In this document: in pieces, positions 20,831-33,795 of the stretch
How positions within the stretch are numbered: the first letter of the stretch is position 1
Layout of the letters: every line of letters starts with the position of its first letter
Origin: Somniosus microcephalus
Taxonomy: Eukaryota
Length of the DNA stretch: 64,000 nt
NCBI GenBank assembly: GCA_052327205.1
Contig: CM126214.1
Coordinates: 185,814,001 to 185,878,000, forward strand
Direction of reading: 5' to 3'
Program-made: the position numbers and the translations under genes
The notes under the pieces: generated by a model
Databases searched by the model: none
What the model saw: only the letters and a program-made list of their open reading frames with translations
What the model was told of the DNA's origin: nothing

Positions 20831-21834
20831 TGATCCTTGCTGGATGTTGATAGAATCGTAGAATCATAGAATGATACCGCACAGAAGGAGGCCATTCGGC
20901 CCATCGTGCCTGTGGCGGCTCTTTGGCGGAGCTGAGTGAAGGCAGGATTGGGCTCCAGCCGCGATGCTCCCCTGTGGTTGAATAGCCCGCTGAAACGTAG
21001 ACTGACATGCCAAGAATGGTCACTTGGCTCAGGCAGCAGAGGGCAGCTGGGTCTGGAGCACCAAACCCCAGCAAGGAATCAGGAGAGGAGGGGAGGGGGA
21101 GAAATCCTCTGAAAAAAATCTTTTTCGCGGTTGCATGGTTGGATTTTTTACTTTAAAAGCTGAAACATTCCATTGGCCTTTGAAGTGTTAACATTAGAAG
21201 TTTGGACTGCGGGCTTTCTTCTTTTTAAAGCTTCGCCTGTACCAGACCTCCCATAAACCTCAGCTGCAAAAAGCAGATTGACTCATTTCATTTCAAGATA
21301 TTCTGAGTGCTGTTCACCTGGTGAGCCTGGTTCATATTCAGCAATAGTAATTTTTTACAGACTGTTGCAAAATCTGGAGATACATGGTTAGGATAAACTT
21401 AGAAACTTTGTTAAGGGTTCTGTGAGGGTTTATTCTTTTGAAGTTCAGAGGTGCGGTGTGGTGGGGAATGGTTGAGCTATTTTAAAATTACACTTAAAAA
21501 CTGAACTGGGCCCTGAATCCGAGCCATCATCAGCCCTGGCTCTGACCCAGAACTAACCACTTGGAAACTGCCTTTACAGGTCTGCCTTGTGCGTGCTTTC
21601 CTTCCTCTACTTCTATGACATCTTCCGGTCCCACGGAACCACTGGGAGCTATTAAGAGGTCCCTGAACTCAGGTCAAAATGGATTTAATCAGCAATCTCC
21701 GGCTCCACACGTGCCTAAGGTTGCCAACGCTCCTGGATTGCCCTGGAGTCTCCAGGAATTGAAGATTAGTCTCCAGGATTCACTGCAGTGAGCAACACCC
21801 GGGAGAAAAATCATCGGGGGTGATAAAAAAAACT

Positions 21835-22720
21835 GGGCAGTATTTTGCGACCCCATGGGTGTGTACGAGGTGCACACGCCACTGTAGGGGCCACGCAAGT
21901 TCCTGGTTTAGGCATGCGAAGCGCATGCGCTAAAACCCAGTGACATAAGAAAACTACTAGGCACTTGGTCTGAGTATTAAACAAAGCTTTAATCAACTGT
22001 TTTTCAACATGGAGATCTAGTTGTGTCCTTCACTAGTTCCTGTTAAAGAATGTCCTGAGCAAGCTGGGCCCATGCCCGAGTATTTATACTCTCCCTGGAC
22101 AGCGCCACCCGCAGGCCGCCCAGTATTACTTCATAAGTGATTTCCACACGAATGACAAGATTCATGTCACCCGGCGCTTGTGATCTGTCAAGAATCCTCT
22201 TGACAGATCCTCCGCAGCCCCAGGAGACGGGCCTCTGCGGGCAGAGAGTTGCGCTATTTGCCCAACTTCCACCCGCTGAATGCCCGTGAAATTCTTATGC
22301 CTGGTAAAATCAGGCGTAAGGCCTCCTTTTACCAGCATAAGAGTTTTAAAAAATAGAAAAATAAAATGTTATCACTCATTTGTATATTAAAAACCCTGTC
22401 CAATAAGGTAAGTTTATTTTTAGCCCTGTTAAAACATTTTTAAAAATTCAAAAAATTAAATTTAATTAATTTTAAATATGTAATTTTAAAAAGTTTTATT
22501 TCATGTGTTCGTGTATTTTTTAAGTGATCCCCATTCATACTTATGGGAGAACCGCCTGCGCCCCTGGGATACGTGGGCCTCTGCCCGCGCGGACCCGGAG
22601 AGGCCCAGGATCGCGAGCCTCCGTATCTCCCGGGCCACCAGGTAAATGCATAGATTTTTTACAGGTTGGAGGCATCCGCCCGCCCGCCCGCGGGAAGCCT
22701 CCGATCGCAAATTTTGGGCC
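21835..22720. mobile_element. Harbinger-type MITE containing a solo LTR
   Basis: TSD ACT on both sides; degenerate TIRs GGGCAGTATTTTGCGA / TCGCAAATTTTGGGCC. Confidence 0.75.
21941..22169 (-). mobile_element. Short solo LTR (229 bp)
   Basis: TGACAT..ATGTCA ends; TSD CCCAG/CCCGG; reverse-complement homolog of 30893-31119. Confidence 0.8.
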
Positions 22721-24409
22721 ACTGTTTTTTTCCTTGAACATTTATTCTTTGTTAGTTAGAAGAATATTGGACAGGAGGGGGAAAAAAAGGCTGTTTGACT
22801 GACAGTCAAGAATCATCCAATCAGGTAACTAAGAGTCTGTTCGCTTTCCAAATGGCCATGGGTAGGCGGGGCACCGCGAGAATGGACGTGTTGAGCGACC
22901 AATGGCGGGAGTGTGGGGGCGGGGCAGTCGAAGGCGGGAGGTCATGTGAGGAAACCTCTAGGAATATGTCAAACCAGGGTTGGCAACTCTTACAGGTGCC
23001 ACTGAGAAAAGGCACCAGTGTAGCCTGGGCATATAGGGAGAGTCGAGCGGTGGTCACTCAGCCCTCGGTGCATTGCCTCCCTGTGTACGTGGATGTATCT
23101 ATCTGCAAGAGATTGTAGTCAAAAGCTTTCATCGGAATACAGATGCTTTAGGACAAATACCACAGTATCCCGTAGGACATATTAAAAAATAAAATTCCCT
23201 TCCCTGCCTTGAGAAAAATCAGTCAGCCAGGGGTCCTGCTCCAGTTCGCTATCTAATGGCTCCCACTGGAAACTGTCCGTGTGGACGTCAAGCGAGGACA
23301 GGATCGAGCTCAGCGGTGAGGCCCTGATAGGCGAATAGCCTGTCCATATCTAGCCTGTCCTTTGGAGCGAGGTTTCAGAGGGTAGCCAGCTCCCCACGAA
23401 CCCGTAACCCCAGCAAGGAATAAAAATAAACTCAATTAGCTTTTGAGTTGGTTTTATTCAGTTTTGAAGATGGGAAATTTGCCATCACGTTCCGTGCTGT
23501 CAACACGAGCTGATGTCTGGTGAGCCCTGTTGAAAAGTCCGCACGTGTGAGGATCAAATGAGAACAGGAGCAGAATCCACCGTCCAACAGCCCGTCGACA
23601 GTCGCTGGGCAGAGTCACACATGAAGAATAAACACTTGAGAGGCAAAGGAGCTTACCAGCTGTCACATCATTTAACTGAAGGTTTTAGCACGAGATAGTT
23701 TGCAGTAGATTATGAGGGAGATTCAGAACACTTCAAAGGGTTAATGCTCCTGGGTATGCCTTAGTTCCAGGCTGATGACTACTTCTCCAACAGGCTGTTC
23801 CCACCATCCCTGCTTCCCTTGCTGGCCGAGGACAGCACAGTGCAGCTGCAATGTGGACTATTTTTCCCTTTCCCCGTGGCCTGTTTCTTTAAATAGAATC
23901 ATACGTTTTAAGGCCAAGCTGACAGGGGACATAAGGGGCTTTGATAAACAAGTGACGGGAGACAGCGAGCCTTCTACGTTAGTGGTCCACAAAGAATTAC
24001 GTCTCCTGCATTTCCCAGTATGAAAGCACAACCCCTGGCATCTGATTAAAATAACTGCTGCCAACCTCGGTGTAGCAGCAAGCCAGCGGCTCCTCCGGGT
24101 TTTTGAGGTTTGTGGTGACACTTTTCCCTAATATTTTCTTTTCCCAGTGAAGGAATAGCACTCGACCCATCATTTCTACAGGAATTCCTTCTTCTGAAAC
24201 CATAAGTTCACCCACTGTTGTTCTAGTTAGGTTTTTGTACATTTGGCAGCATAATATCCAGGTGTGTCCAGGGACAACCACTTTCTCCAGAGATATTGTG
24301 CTTTATTTTTTTATTTATCCTTTAAGTCCATTTTTCTCCCAGCAGATGCCCTCCATTATCTCTTCAAGTGGCCATTATTCTTGGGCAAGCCTTGGCAATG
24401 AGTGCCACC

Positions 24410-24850
24410 TGGCTAATCATAGTATCATACAGGGTGGCCATTCGGCCCATCGTGCCTGTGCCGGCTCTCTGATAGAGCGATCCAATTAGTCCCACTCTCC
24501 CCCTGCTCTTTCCCCCAAAGCCCTGCACATTTTTCCTTTTCAAGTATTTATCCAATTTCCTTTTGAAATTTACTATTGAATCTGCTTCCACCGCTCCTTT
24601 CAGGCAGCGTGTTCCAGATCATCTCAACAGCCCACTGTGCAAAAAAAATGTTTTCTCAATTCCCCTCTGGTTCTTTTGCCAATTATCTTAAATGTGTACC
24701 CTCACGTTAACAACCAGTAGAAACAATTTCTCCATATTTAGTCTATCAAAAACCCCTCATGATTTTGATTAGCTCTATTAAATCTTCCCTTTATCTTCTC
24801 TGCTCTGAGGGGAACCATCCCAGCTTCTCTAGTCTCTCCACGTAACTGAA
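24410..24850 (-). mobile_element. CR1 3' fragment
   Basis: SYVERLEKLG..SEQRR and EADSIVNFKRKLDKYL motifs. Confidence 0.8.
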
Positions 24851-24852
24851 GG

Positions 24853-25510
24853 GGTCACCATTGACCAGAAACGTAACTGGACCAGCCACATAAATACTGT
24901 GGCAACAAGAGCAGGTCAGAGGCTGGGTATTCTGCGGCGAGTGTCTCACCTCCTGACTCCCCAAAGCCTTTCTACCATCTACAAGGCACAAGTCAGGAGT
25001 GTGATGGGATGCTCTCCACTTGCCTGGATGAGTGCAGCTCCAACAACACTCAAGAAGATCGACATCATCCAGGGCAGCCCGCTTGATTGGCACCCCATCC
25101 ACCACCTTAAACATTCACTCCCTCCACCATCGGCGCACCGTGGCTGCAGTGTGTACCATCTACAAGATGCACTGCAGCAACTCGCCAAGGCTTCTTCGGC
25201 AGCACCTCCCAAACCCGCGACCACTACCACCTAGAAGGACAAGAGCAGCAGACACATGGGAACACCACCACCTCCAAGTTCCCCTCCAAGTCACACACCA
25301 TCCTGACTTAGAACTATATCGCTGATCCTTCATCGTTGCTGGGTCAAAATCCTGGAACTCCCTCCCTAACAGCGCTGTGGGAGTACCTTCACCACACGGA
25401 CTGCAGCGGTTCAAGAAGGCGGCTCACCACCACCTCCTCAAGGGCAATTAGGGATGGGCAATAAATGCTGGCCATGCTAGCGACACCCAGGTCCCATGAA
25501 CGAATAAAAT
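24853..25510 (+). mobile_element. Non-LTR LINE 3' fragment (CR1/L2 group, distinct from the main CR1 families)
   Basis: RAGQRLGILRR..LSTIYKAQVRSVM.CSPLAW RT thumb region; 3' tail shared with SINEs at 12760 and 38495. Confidence 0.8.
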
Positions 25511-26268
25511 AAGTCCCTCATTGACTGTGTCCTTATCTGGTGCCCACCTCCCTGTAGCGATCATGAGCAGGAACCCTGGATGATTTCCCCCCGCATTATC
25601 CCTGGGGCATTGTTAACCGACCGTATTAACCTGCCATCACCCATCAGATCAGCTAACTCAACACAGATGGGGGAATCAAACCTTGGGACCATCCTGGTCT
25701 ACATTACTCAGCTAGCCACTGCCTATTCCATAAATGGACAGAAGGAAAGTGAGTTCAGGTAAGTGACCAATTCCATTTCTTCACAGAATTTTGCAACCTC
25801 TTTGGAGTTTCGAAGAATGAGAGGTGATCTCTTTGAAACATATAAGATTCTAAGGGGGAGTGACAGGGTAGATGTTGAGAGGCTGTTTCCCCTGGCTGGA
25901 GAAGGAGTCATGGGGGAGAAATTCATTATAGCCCAGGAATGGGCGGTAACTTTTGAAAAGTTGTGATAATTAGCGACACGCGCAAATGCTTCATACCACA
26001 TGCAAAATTCAGTCTCATTGCACAAAGAAAGGATTGGAGTGCTAAATCAAGCGCTAATGGCCTAGCTCAGTGGCGTTAAACTCAAAGCGCTGACCAATAT
26101 CAGGTGTAGTCTAATCACAAGTCATCATTGCAACAGGCTCTTTCCAGTTCTTAAAGGGGAGGTTCATTGATGCTGCAGAACCTCATTCTCATCACTGCTG
26201 GTTGTGCAGCCATCTCAGCCAGCAGCGGCAGGTCAAGGAGAAGGAGCAGGACAACTCAAGCAGCCGTA

Positions 26269-27460
26269 ATGATGGCAGCTTCACGCCCCAGGGAGAGAGC
26301 CCGCAGATTCTGCGACCATGCATTGGAGGCATTGGTGTCTGCAGTGGAAAGACGGTGGGCGGTGCTCTACCCAGCAAGTGGCAGGAGGCCCTCGCCGAAA
26401 GTCTTCTGCACTATGTGGAGGGAGGTAGCCCAGCATGTCTCAGGCAGCACTGTGGTACCCAGGACCCCCACACATTGCAGGAAGAAATTTAACGACCTCA
26501 CGCGGGTGGTCAGGGTGAGTCAATGCTTCAACAAATGTTACATACCACCATCTGAACCACAGTCTGTACACACTGCCCAAAGGACCACACCCCCAGCACT
26601 CACCCACCAACAATCTCTAACTACCAACTCTCACACCCACATCTCACACCTTGCCCACAATGACAGCTATTCAACTGTGGCAGGCACATCACCCAAACAC
26701 ATTGCTCCACACTCACTCACACACTTTCCTTTCTCTTGCAGGCCAAGGTGGCTCACAACAGGAGGGAGCAGGAGCGCACAGGCGGAGGGACAAGCCGACA
26801 CCCAACCACTGTCTGAGCTGGAGACTCGCGTGCTGGAGATTATTGGGCACCAGGTGGTGGGCGCCGTGGCCACCGGCGACTTTGACCCCCTTGGGGACAA
26901 CAATGGTATGTTCATCCCTATTCCTTATTCTCACATCCCACTTCACCCTCACCCCACAAGCCTTTCGCACTTTCCAGCTAATCATGCTGTATGCAACATT
27001 TCTCCGTTCCAGCCCCCCTCCCCTCACCTTAACCCAACTCTTGTGCCTTTATGCTTTCAGACAATGAGCAAGCAGCTGAGCAGCCTGTCCCCGAGGGCAC
27101 CGTAGAGAGCGAGGTCGGAGAAGAGCAGGAGGAAGAAGACACTGTGTCACTGCATCTCTCACCTGCAGGCACCAGCTCAGATACTGGCACTACGTGTTCT
27201 TTAGAGGCTAGTATAGTAGCGGGATCCACACAGGGTGAGGCACCAGGGATGAGCGGGCTGCAGCGAGGCCAGGGGGATAGGGTAGCTCGGGAGCCAGCTC
27301 CCCGGAGGGCGAGTTCGCGCGTGAGTTCTGCGGCACAGGACTCAGATGAGGATCTCGATGGGGAGGCCTTTAGAAGAAAGGGTGATGGGCATGCACACGG
27401 AGATCATAGGTGTAATGGCAAGGGTGCTCGAGAGCCTCTCGGCAATGGTAAGGAGCGTGG
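26269..27460 (+). pseudogene. Myb/SANT-like gene remnant, exons 26269-26514, 26742-26905, 27061-~27460
   Basis: RFCDHALEALV..W.EVA..VS......RT..HCRKKFNDL; same splice positions as the young element; frameshift in exon 2; 3' truncated. Confidence 0.8.
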
Positions 27461-28290
27461 CTCTCATTATATGAGTGCTGGGCAGGAGTGTTGGGGTTGC
27501 GGAGGGGAGTCATGAGCCAGGTGGAGAGCGGAAAGCCCTTGTCTCCGACCAGCCAGTTGCGAGCTTGATGTGGCAGCTGGAAGAGTGCTGGCACACCAGT
27601 CTGGCACAAAATGAAGGCATCGTGGCTGCTGCCAGGAAAGCGGGCAATCACATTGAGGATTCGCTGTCTGTGGTCGCACACCAACTGTGCATTAAATGAG
27701 TGGTAGCCTTTGCGCTTACGGAAGATCTCAGAATTGTTATGCCATGCTCACAAAGCCACGTGGGTGCAGTAAATGGCGTCCTGCACCATGGGGAAGCCTG
27801 CTATCCTGGCAAAGCCACATGCACGGGAAGGAAATGTAATCCCTTCTCCTACTGTAGTGAGCCTCTGCGACCTCCCGGATGCAGTGATGGATGGCGAACT
27901 GCAAGATGTTAGCTATGTCTCCTGTTGCAGACTGGAAGGAACTGCTGGCGAAGAAACTGCGGGCGATGCTGACCTTGACTGCCCCTGAGAGCGCCGTGGT
28001 CACTCTGATCTGAGGCTCGAGGACTGGTTGCAGGAGGTGGCAGAGTTCTGTGACCACCTCCTTACTGAAGTGGAGCCTTCTAATACACTGCTCCTCACTT
28101 AATTGGAGGTGGGAGAAGTGCTCTTGGAATACACTCGGAGGGTAAGGTCTCCTGTTGAGAGCCCTCATGGGCCTTCTCCTCCCTCTGGCCACATGTTCCA
28201 ATCTTGCTCGCTGCCTTCGCTCCCTCCCCATAGATCTTGGAGGGCGAGGGTGAGGTCGACTGCCATTACAGCCCCCATTAATGTTATGAG
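27454..28290 (-). pseudogene. HARBI1-like transposase remnant, 3' truncated and frameshifted
   Basis: VCDHRQRIL..FPGSSHDAFIL..LVGDKGFPL..YNESHA in ORF 27370-27684; N-terminal part in ORF 27737-28354. Confidence 0.85.
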
Positions 28291-29354
28291 AATAAATGTA
28301 ACTAATTGTTAGTAGCCACAACACTCCTGCTACTAAATAACCTTTAAATGACAATGCACAATGTCAAACTAACTAGGAAGCAGTGAAACAGCATTAACAT
28401 GACAGCTACAACTCATTACTCATAATCCCTTTAAGTAGCGCCCCTGGAGCTGGCATCCGCCTGTTTGATGCCTCCTCTCCTTGTCGCTGTCAGGGCGAGG
28501 CGCTAAAGCAGGGGGCGACAATGAATTTTGCAGCTCGGGCGCCCAGTGAGCATTGCACGCTCACTGACATCACAGTTTGCCTGGCGCTGAGGTCCCCAGC
28601 AGTAACTCATAGCGGCGGAGCTATGGGGGGGCCGGATTTGGCATGCGTTGTTGGATTCGCCTCGCCCCGCCCGGCGCTACTGCATCAACGCCTATTAGCG
28701 CCCCCGTCAGGCACTAGCTGGAGGCGCTAACTAACTGAATTTTTCCCCCTTAGTCTAAGGATAAGGGGTCGACCATTTAAGACTGAGATGAGGAGGAATT
28801 TCTTCACTCAGAGGGTTGTGAATCTTTGGAATTCTCTGCCCCAGAGGGCTGTGGATGCTGAGTTGTTGAGTATATTCAAGGCTGAGATCGATAGATTTAT
28901 GGACTCTAGGGGAATCAAGGGATATGGAGATCGGGCGGGAAAGTGGAGTTGAGGTTGAAGATCAGTCATGATCTTATTGAATGGCGGAGCAGCCTCGAGG
29001 GGCCGTATGGCCGACTCCTGCTCCTAATTCTTATGTTCTCTTGGATACCATTGAACTAAACTCAAAATTTGCAGCAATCATGATTTATTTTGAAGGCTGT
29101 GGGTTGACTATATTGAATTTGATTGACAAAATAAAACTGGGAAAATCAGATATTTATAACTAATTCTCTTTTGGAAAAAAATAAAGTCTCAAATGCATAC
29201 TTTTGTTAAAATAGCAGACAAACAAATTTCACATGAACAAGCTCTTAATATTGCATAGTATTTCAACACATTATTAAAAATATTTTTAACTTACTTTCTC
29301 TTGCTAATTGGAATTCCCTGTCCCCAGTGAATGTTGCCACATTCAGTGACTGAA

Positions 29355-29790
29355 AGAAAAAAAGACTTGCATTTACATAGCGTCTTTCACGACCACCGGA
29401 CATCCCAAAGCACTTTACAGCCAATGAAGTATTTTTGGAGTGTATTCACTGTTGTAATGTAGGAAACGTGGCAGCCAATTTACGCACAGCAAGCTCCCAC
29501 AAACAGCAATGTGATAATGACCAGATAATCTGTCTTTTTTAGTGATGTTGGTTGAGTGATAAATATTGGCCCAGGACACCTCCGCTGCTCTTCTTTGAAA
29601 TAATGCCATGGGATCTTTTACACCCACCTGAGAGAGCAGACAGGGCTTCAGTTTAACATCTCATTCGAAAGACGGCACCTCCGACAGTGCAGCGCTCCCT
29701 CAGACCTATATTTTTGTGCTGCAGTGGGACTTGAACCCACAACCTTCTGGACTCCGAAACGAGTGTACTACCCACTGAGCCACAGCTGCC
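29355..29790 (-). mobile_element. Deu-domain tRNA-SINE
   Basis: Family head, body and tail. Confidence 0.8.
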
Positions 29791-30239
29791 ACCAGACAGA
29801 ATGCCAGCTGGCCAGTGCACGGGCTGTACTGAGTTAGCTGATCGAACCCTGCAGGTGACCACTGGGCACATTAGGAACCAGCACAGTTTCAGGGGCACCT
29901 TTAGGGCAGATGGCACTCCACATCATTGTACCCACAGGTCAGCATTCTAGCATGCCTGGGAGGAGATGCAGCAATGTTGGAAGGTCACGTTGGCATATGC
30001 TGACACTGGCACCTGACAACCCTATTACTCCTTGCGTCCTTTCAGGAGAGGGCCCAGCTCTCTGATGACCCAGGCCCTGCGGAGACAACTCCCGACGCTT
30101 GTCGCCAGGCAGGATTTCCAGGGTCTGCGAAGGTGGTTGGTGGCACCTTGGTAGGTGCAGCCAATCAGGCTATGTTGGCTGTGGCATGGCATTGGGCATG
30201 ATTGGTGGCCAACGGCCAGCATTGCGCGGAGAAGCCTCA

Positions 30240-30462
30240 AACAATACAACAACAACTTGCATTGATACAGCACCTTTAGGAAAACATCCCAAGCAAGGCG
30301 CTTCACAAGAGCACAATCAGACAAAAATTGACACCGAGCCAAAGAAGGAAATATTAGCACAGGCAACCAAAAGCTTGGCCAGAGAGGTCGGTTTTAAGGA
30401 GGGTCATAAAGGAGGAGAGAAGTGAACAGGCGGAGAGGTTTAGGGAGGAAATTCCAGAGATT
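30240..30462 (-). mobile_element. L2 3' tail fragment
   Basis: Matches 780-990. Confidence 0.75.
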
Positions 30463-30892
30463 AGCACAGTGACAACTGTAATTAACATTACAGCTAATCA
30501 GTCAGTCACACATCTTCGTGGTTTCATCTGCTGTCCCAGCTTCCTTTGAGAATAGGAGCCTCCACATTTACTAATTGCCTGCCAGCGTGAGGGTTATTCA
30601 CCTGCATCTGCAGGTGTGGGGCTATGGGTGGCAGCAGGTTGGTGTATAGAGCACCCCCATGCAGCTTGACCTGCCTGTCATTTTTCCATTGTTCCTTCTG
30701 TTCTACCAAACACCTACGATATGGGGATTCCCACTGGGAAACCCATTGGTGCCAGTAATTGGGCTGGGACAAAGGAAAACTGGAACAGTTGCCAGAAAGG
30801 TTCCTGAGAGCTAAGTGTCAAGCAGAAAACAGTTGAGAAATGACAAACCTTAATATTTCTGTGCCATCACCATAAGCTTTTATATACACTAC

Positions 30893-31119
30893 TGACATGA
30901 ATCAGTCATTCATGAAAGAAAGACTTATGAAATAATACTGAGCGGCCTGCGGGCGGCGCTGTCCAGGGAGAGTATAAATACTCGGGCACGGGCCCAGCTT
31001 GTGCAGGACATTCTTAACAGGAACTAGTGAAGGACACAACTAGACCTCCATGTTGTAAAACAGTTGATTAAAACTTTGTTTAACGCTTAAACCAAGTGCC
31101 TAGTAGTTTTCTTATGTCA
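30893..31119 (+). mobile_element. Short solo LTR (227 bp)
   Basis: TGACAT..ATGTCA ends; perfect 5-bp TSD ACTAC; internal TATAAA and ATTAAA. Confidence 0.85.
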
Positions 31120-31329
31120 ACTACCATTGCCTGGCAACCCTCGATGCCCATTTCACAAGGGTGTGGTTAGGAATGGATGTCCTGCGTTGCCAAACATTGG
31201 GAAATACCTTGCAAGATGTCCCCCACAGCCAAATTATTATTTAAGTGAAACTCCAGCCACGCTCAAGGCAGGTGCTTCCAATGCTTTCATTCCCGCTCAC
31301 GGGAAATGGCGCGGGACATAACGTGGGGT

Positions 31330-31492
31330 CAACGTCCTCACTAAGCTGCGCAGCCGCGCACTGGGCTGGCAGTCCCGCGCAGGCCGCTCACCAGCTTTAC
31401 AATGGGAATAACTGCACGTGCGCTGAAAACTGAATGAGCTGCGCAGCCAGTTAAAGGGCCCGCGCACCAAAGAAAAATTACCGGCAACATTG
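31330..31492. mobile_element. Short hAT-like MITE
   Basis: Ends CAACGT../..ACATTG; ~8-bp TSD ACGTGG(G)GT; related to 35230-35406. Confidence 0.6.
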
Positions 31493-31559
31493 ACGTGGGT
31501 GGAGATCCAACAGTGCGGAGCTCCTTCCACTATTCTGATCAGGATCATCCGATTCAGTC

Positions 31560-32135
31560 GGACATTGCTGAGGCCACACTTGGAGTGCTGTGCACAGTTC
31601 TGGTCTCCATATTACAAAAAAAATGATACAGAGGCCCTGGAGAAGGTGCAAAAAAGATTTACAAGGATGATACCAGAACAGAGAGGTTATACCTACCAGG
31701 AAAGATTGAACAGGCTGGAGCCCCTTTCTCTAGAAAAGAGAAGACTGTGGGGTGACCTGATCGAGGTCTTTAAGATTATGAAAGGGTTCGATAGGGTAGA
31801 CGTAGAGAAGATGTTTCCATTTGTGGGGGAGACCAGAACTAGGGGCCAATAAATATAAGATAGTCGCTAATAAATTCACTAGGGAATTCAGGAGAAAATT
31901 CTTTACTCAGAGAGTGGTGAGAATGTGGAACTCGCGACCACAGGGAGTGGTTGAGGCAAATAACATGGATACATTTAAGGGAAAAGCTGGATAAGCACAT
32001 GAGGGAGAAAGGAATAGAAGGATACGCTGACAGGATTAGATGAAGAGGGGTGGGCGGAGGCCCCTGTGGAGCATAAACACCAGCACGGGCCAGTTGGGCC
32101 GAGTGGCCGGTTTCTGTGCTGTACATTCTGTGTAA
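31560..32135 (+). mobile_element. CR1 3' fragment
   Basis: LRPHLECCAQFWSPY..LEKVQKRFTRMIP. Confidence 0.9.
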
Positions 32136-33339
32136 TAGAAGACGCAGGCTTCACTGTCTGCACTCACACATGAAGAACTGCCTCTTGGGAAAGGGTGCTG
32201 GAGCATGACCGCCCCTCTTGGAAGTCCGGTGTTGGCTTCTTTAGGACAGGAAGGCAGACGAAGAGGAGAAAGGTCCATAAAGCTGAGCGGAGAGTAAAAC
32301 AAAAATAGGAGCATTTGCTCATAAGATGGAGGCGAATTTCTACTCTGTGCTACAGGGTGAGCTGTTCCAATACCACATGGCGGCTTTTACAGTACAGAAC
32401 CCTAGTCTGCCTATAAAACTTTCCAGCCAGGACACCTTCCCCCTGCCCCCTCTTTTAATTTAAGCTAAAACAGTGGTTTTAACAGTAGTTAAAGGGTGTC
32501 TTTGGAGGGGACTGTCTGGGTTTTTTTTTCCCAAACATATGTTAAACATTACGATTATAACTTATTATTATCAAAACATTTACTCAGAGAGGTTAAGGGA
32601 CATGGGGCAGGTGGTTTCACATTGAAACGAGTACCTTTCACCGTTAGGGCATCAGCAGCGAGTCTCTCCGGAGACCAGGCTGGGGGGAAATGAGCTGCTC
32701 ATTTCCGAAGGGCTGCCCCGGAACAGTCTCGAAGGAGCAGGCACCTGCACTACACTGCCTTGGCTTCCTTCCAGTCCCTGATCGCACTTGCGGCCAGTGC
32801 CAGTTTACAGCACCAACTTCTCTTGAGTGTAGGAAACTCTTAAAACAAATTAGCCAAAGTCTGCGGAACACATGTGGAATATTAAAAAAAAAGACCAGCA
32901 AAAAGATCCTTAAAGAAGCTATGTGGAGGTCAGGTCAAGGGATTCAACTGCAATGATTTAAATGTGGAGCTGCTGGGTCCGATTCCCTGAACTTTCTGCA
33001 GGAAAATGGGATATTTTTATTGGAGCACGCCGTATGGATTCAGTTCTACCTTCCCCTAGCTAGCCCCCTTCCTGTTGGAGAAGCACTTTTCCACTATAGC
33101 ATGGAAGCATAGGGACATAGGAGTCAGAGTAGAACATTAAGCCCCTCGAGCCTGTCCCGCCATTCTATTAGATCACTGCTGATCTGTATTCCGGTGTCAG
33201 TGTGTGTACTTTCCCCATACGGACCGCAGAGCTTCAAGAAGGCGGCTCACCACCACCTTCTCGAGGGCAATTAGGGATGGGCAATAAATGCTGGCCTTGC
33301 CAGCGACGCCCACATCCCGTGAATGAATGAATAAAAAGT

Positions 33340-33795
33340 TGTGGCTCAGTGGGTAGCACTCTTATTTCTGAGCCAGACAGTTGCGGGTTCAAGCCCCACT
33401 CCAGAGATTTGAGTACAATAATCTAGGCTGGCACTCCCAGTGCAGTGCTGAGGGAGTGCTGCACTGTCGGAGGTGCCGTCTTTCGGATGAGAAGTTAAAC
33501 CGAGGCCCCGTCTGCTCTCTCAGGTGGACGTAAAAGATCCCATGGCACTATTTCAAAGAAGAGCAGGGGAGTTCTCCCCGGTGTCCTGGGGCCAATATTT
33601 ATCCCTCAACCAACATCACTACAAACAGATGATCTGGTCATTACCACATTGCTGTGTGTGGGAGCTTGCTGTGGGCAAATTGGCTGCTGCATTTCCTACA
33701 TTACAACAGTGACTACATTTCAAACAGTACTTCATCGGCTGTAAAGCGCTTTGGGACGACCTGAGATCGTGAAAAGCGCTACAGAAACGCAACTC
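33340..33795 (+). mobile_element. Full-length Deu-domain tRNA-SINE
   Basis: A/B boxes; Deu-like core TAAACCGAGGCCCC..AAAGATCCCATGGCAC; L2-like tail. Confidence 0.85.

Larger units (their letters stand above)
21716..22991 (-). mobile_element. hAT-like MITE split by a nested Harbinger-type MITE
   Basis: Ends TAAGGTTGCCAAC..GTTGGCAACTCTTA; body is the reverse complement of 34852-35229. Confidence 0.65.
25912..28749 (+). mobile_element. Older Harbinger transposon with internal deletion
   Basis: TIRs GGGGGAGAAATTCA / TGAATTTTTCCCCC; decayed Myb (+) and transposase (-) genes; TAGCGCC/GGCGCTA motifs near the right end. Confidence 0.9.
25800..29040 (+). mobile_element. CR1 3' fragment split by the degenerate Harbinger (25800-25911 and 28750-29040)
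   Basis: LEFRRMRGDL.. on the left; AGTCTAAGGATAAGGGG.. resumes on the right. Confidence 0.8.

Noticed and set aside
32635-32838. Possible minus-strand exon (similar cases at 39722-39940 and 51674-52015)
   Set aside because: Splice-like ends but in-frame stops or no recognisable protein; cannot be supported from sequence alone
33340-33410. tRNA genes at SINE heads
   Set aside because: A/B boxes continue into SINE bodies; no full cloverleaf seen
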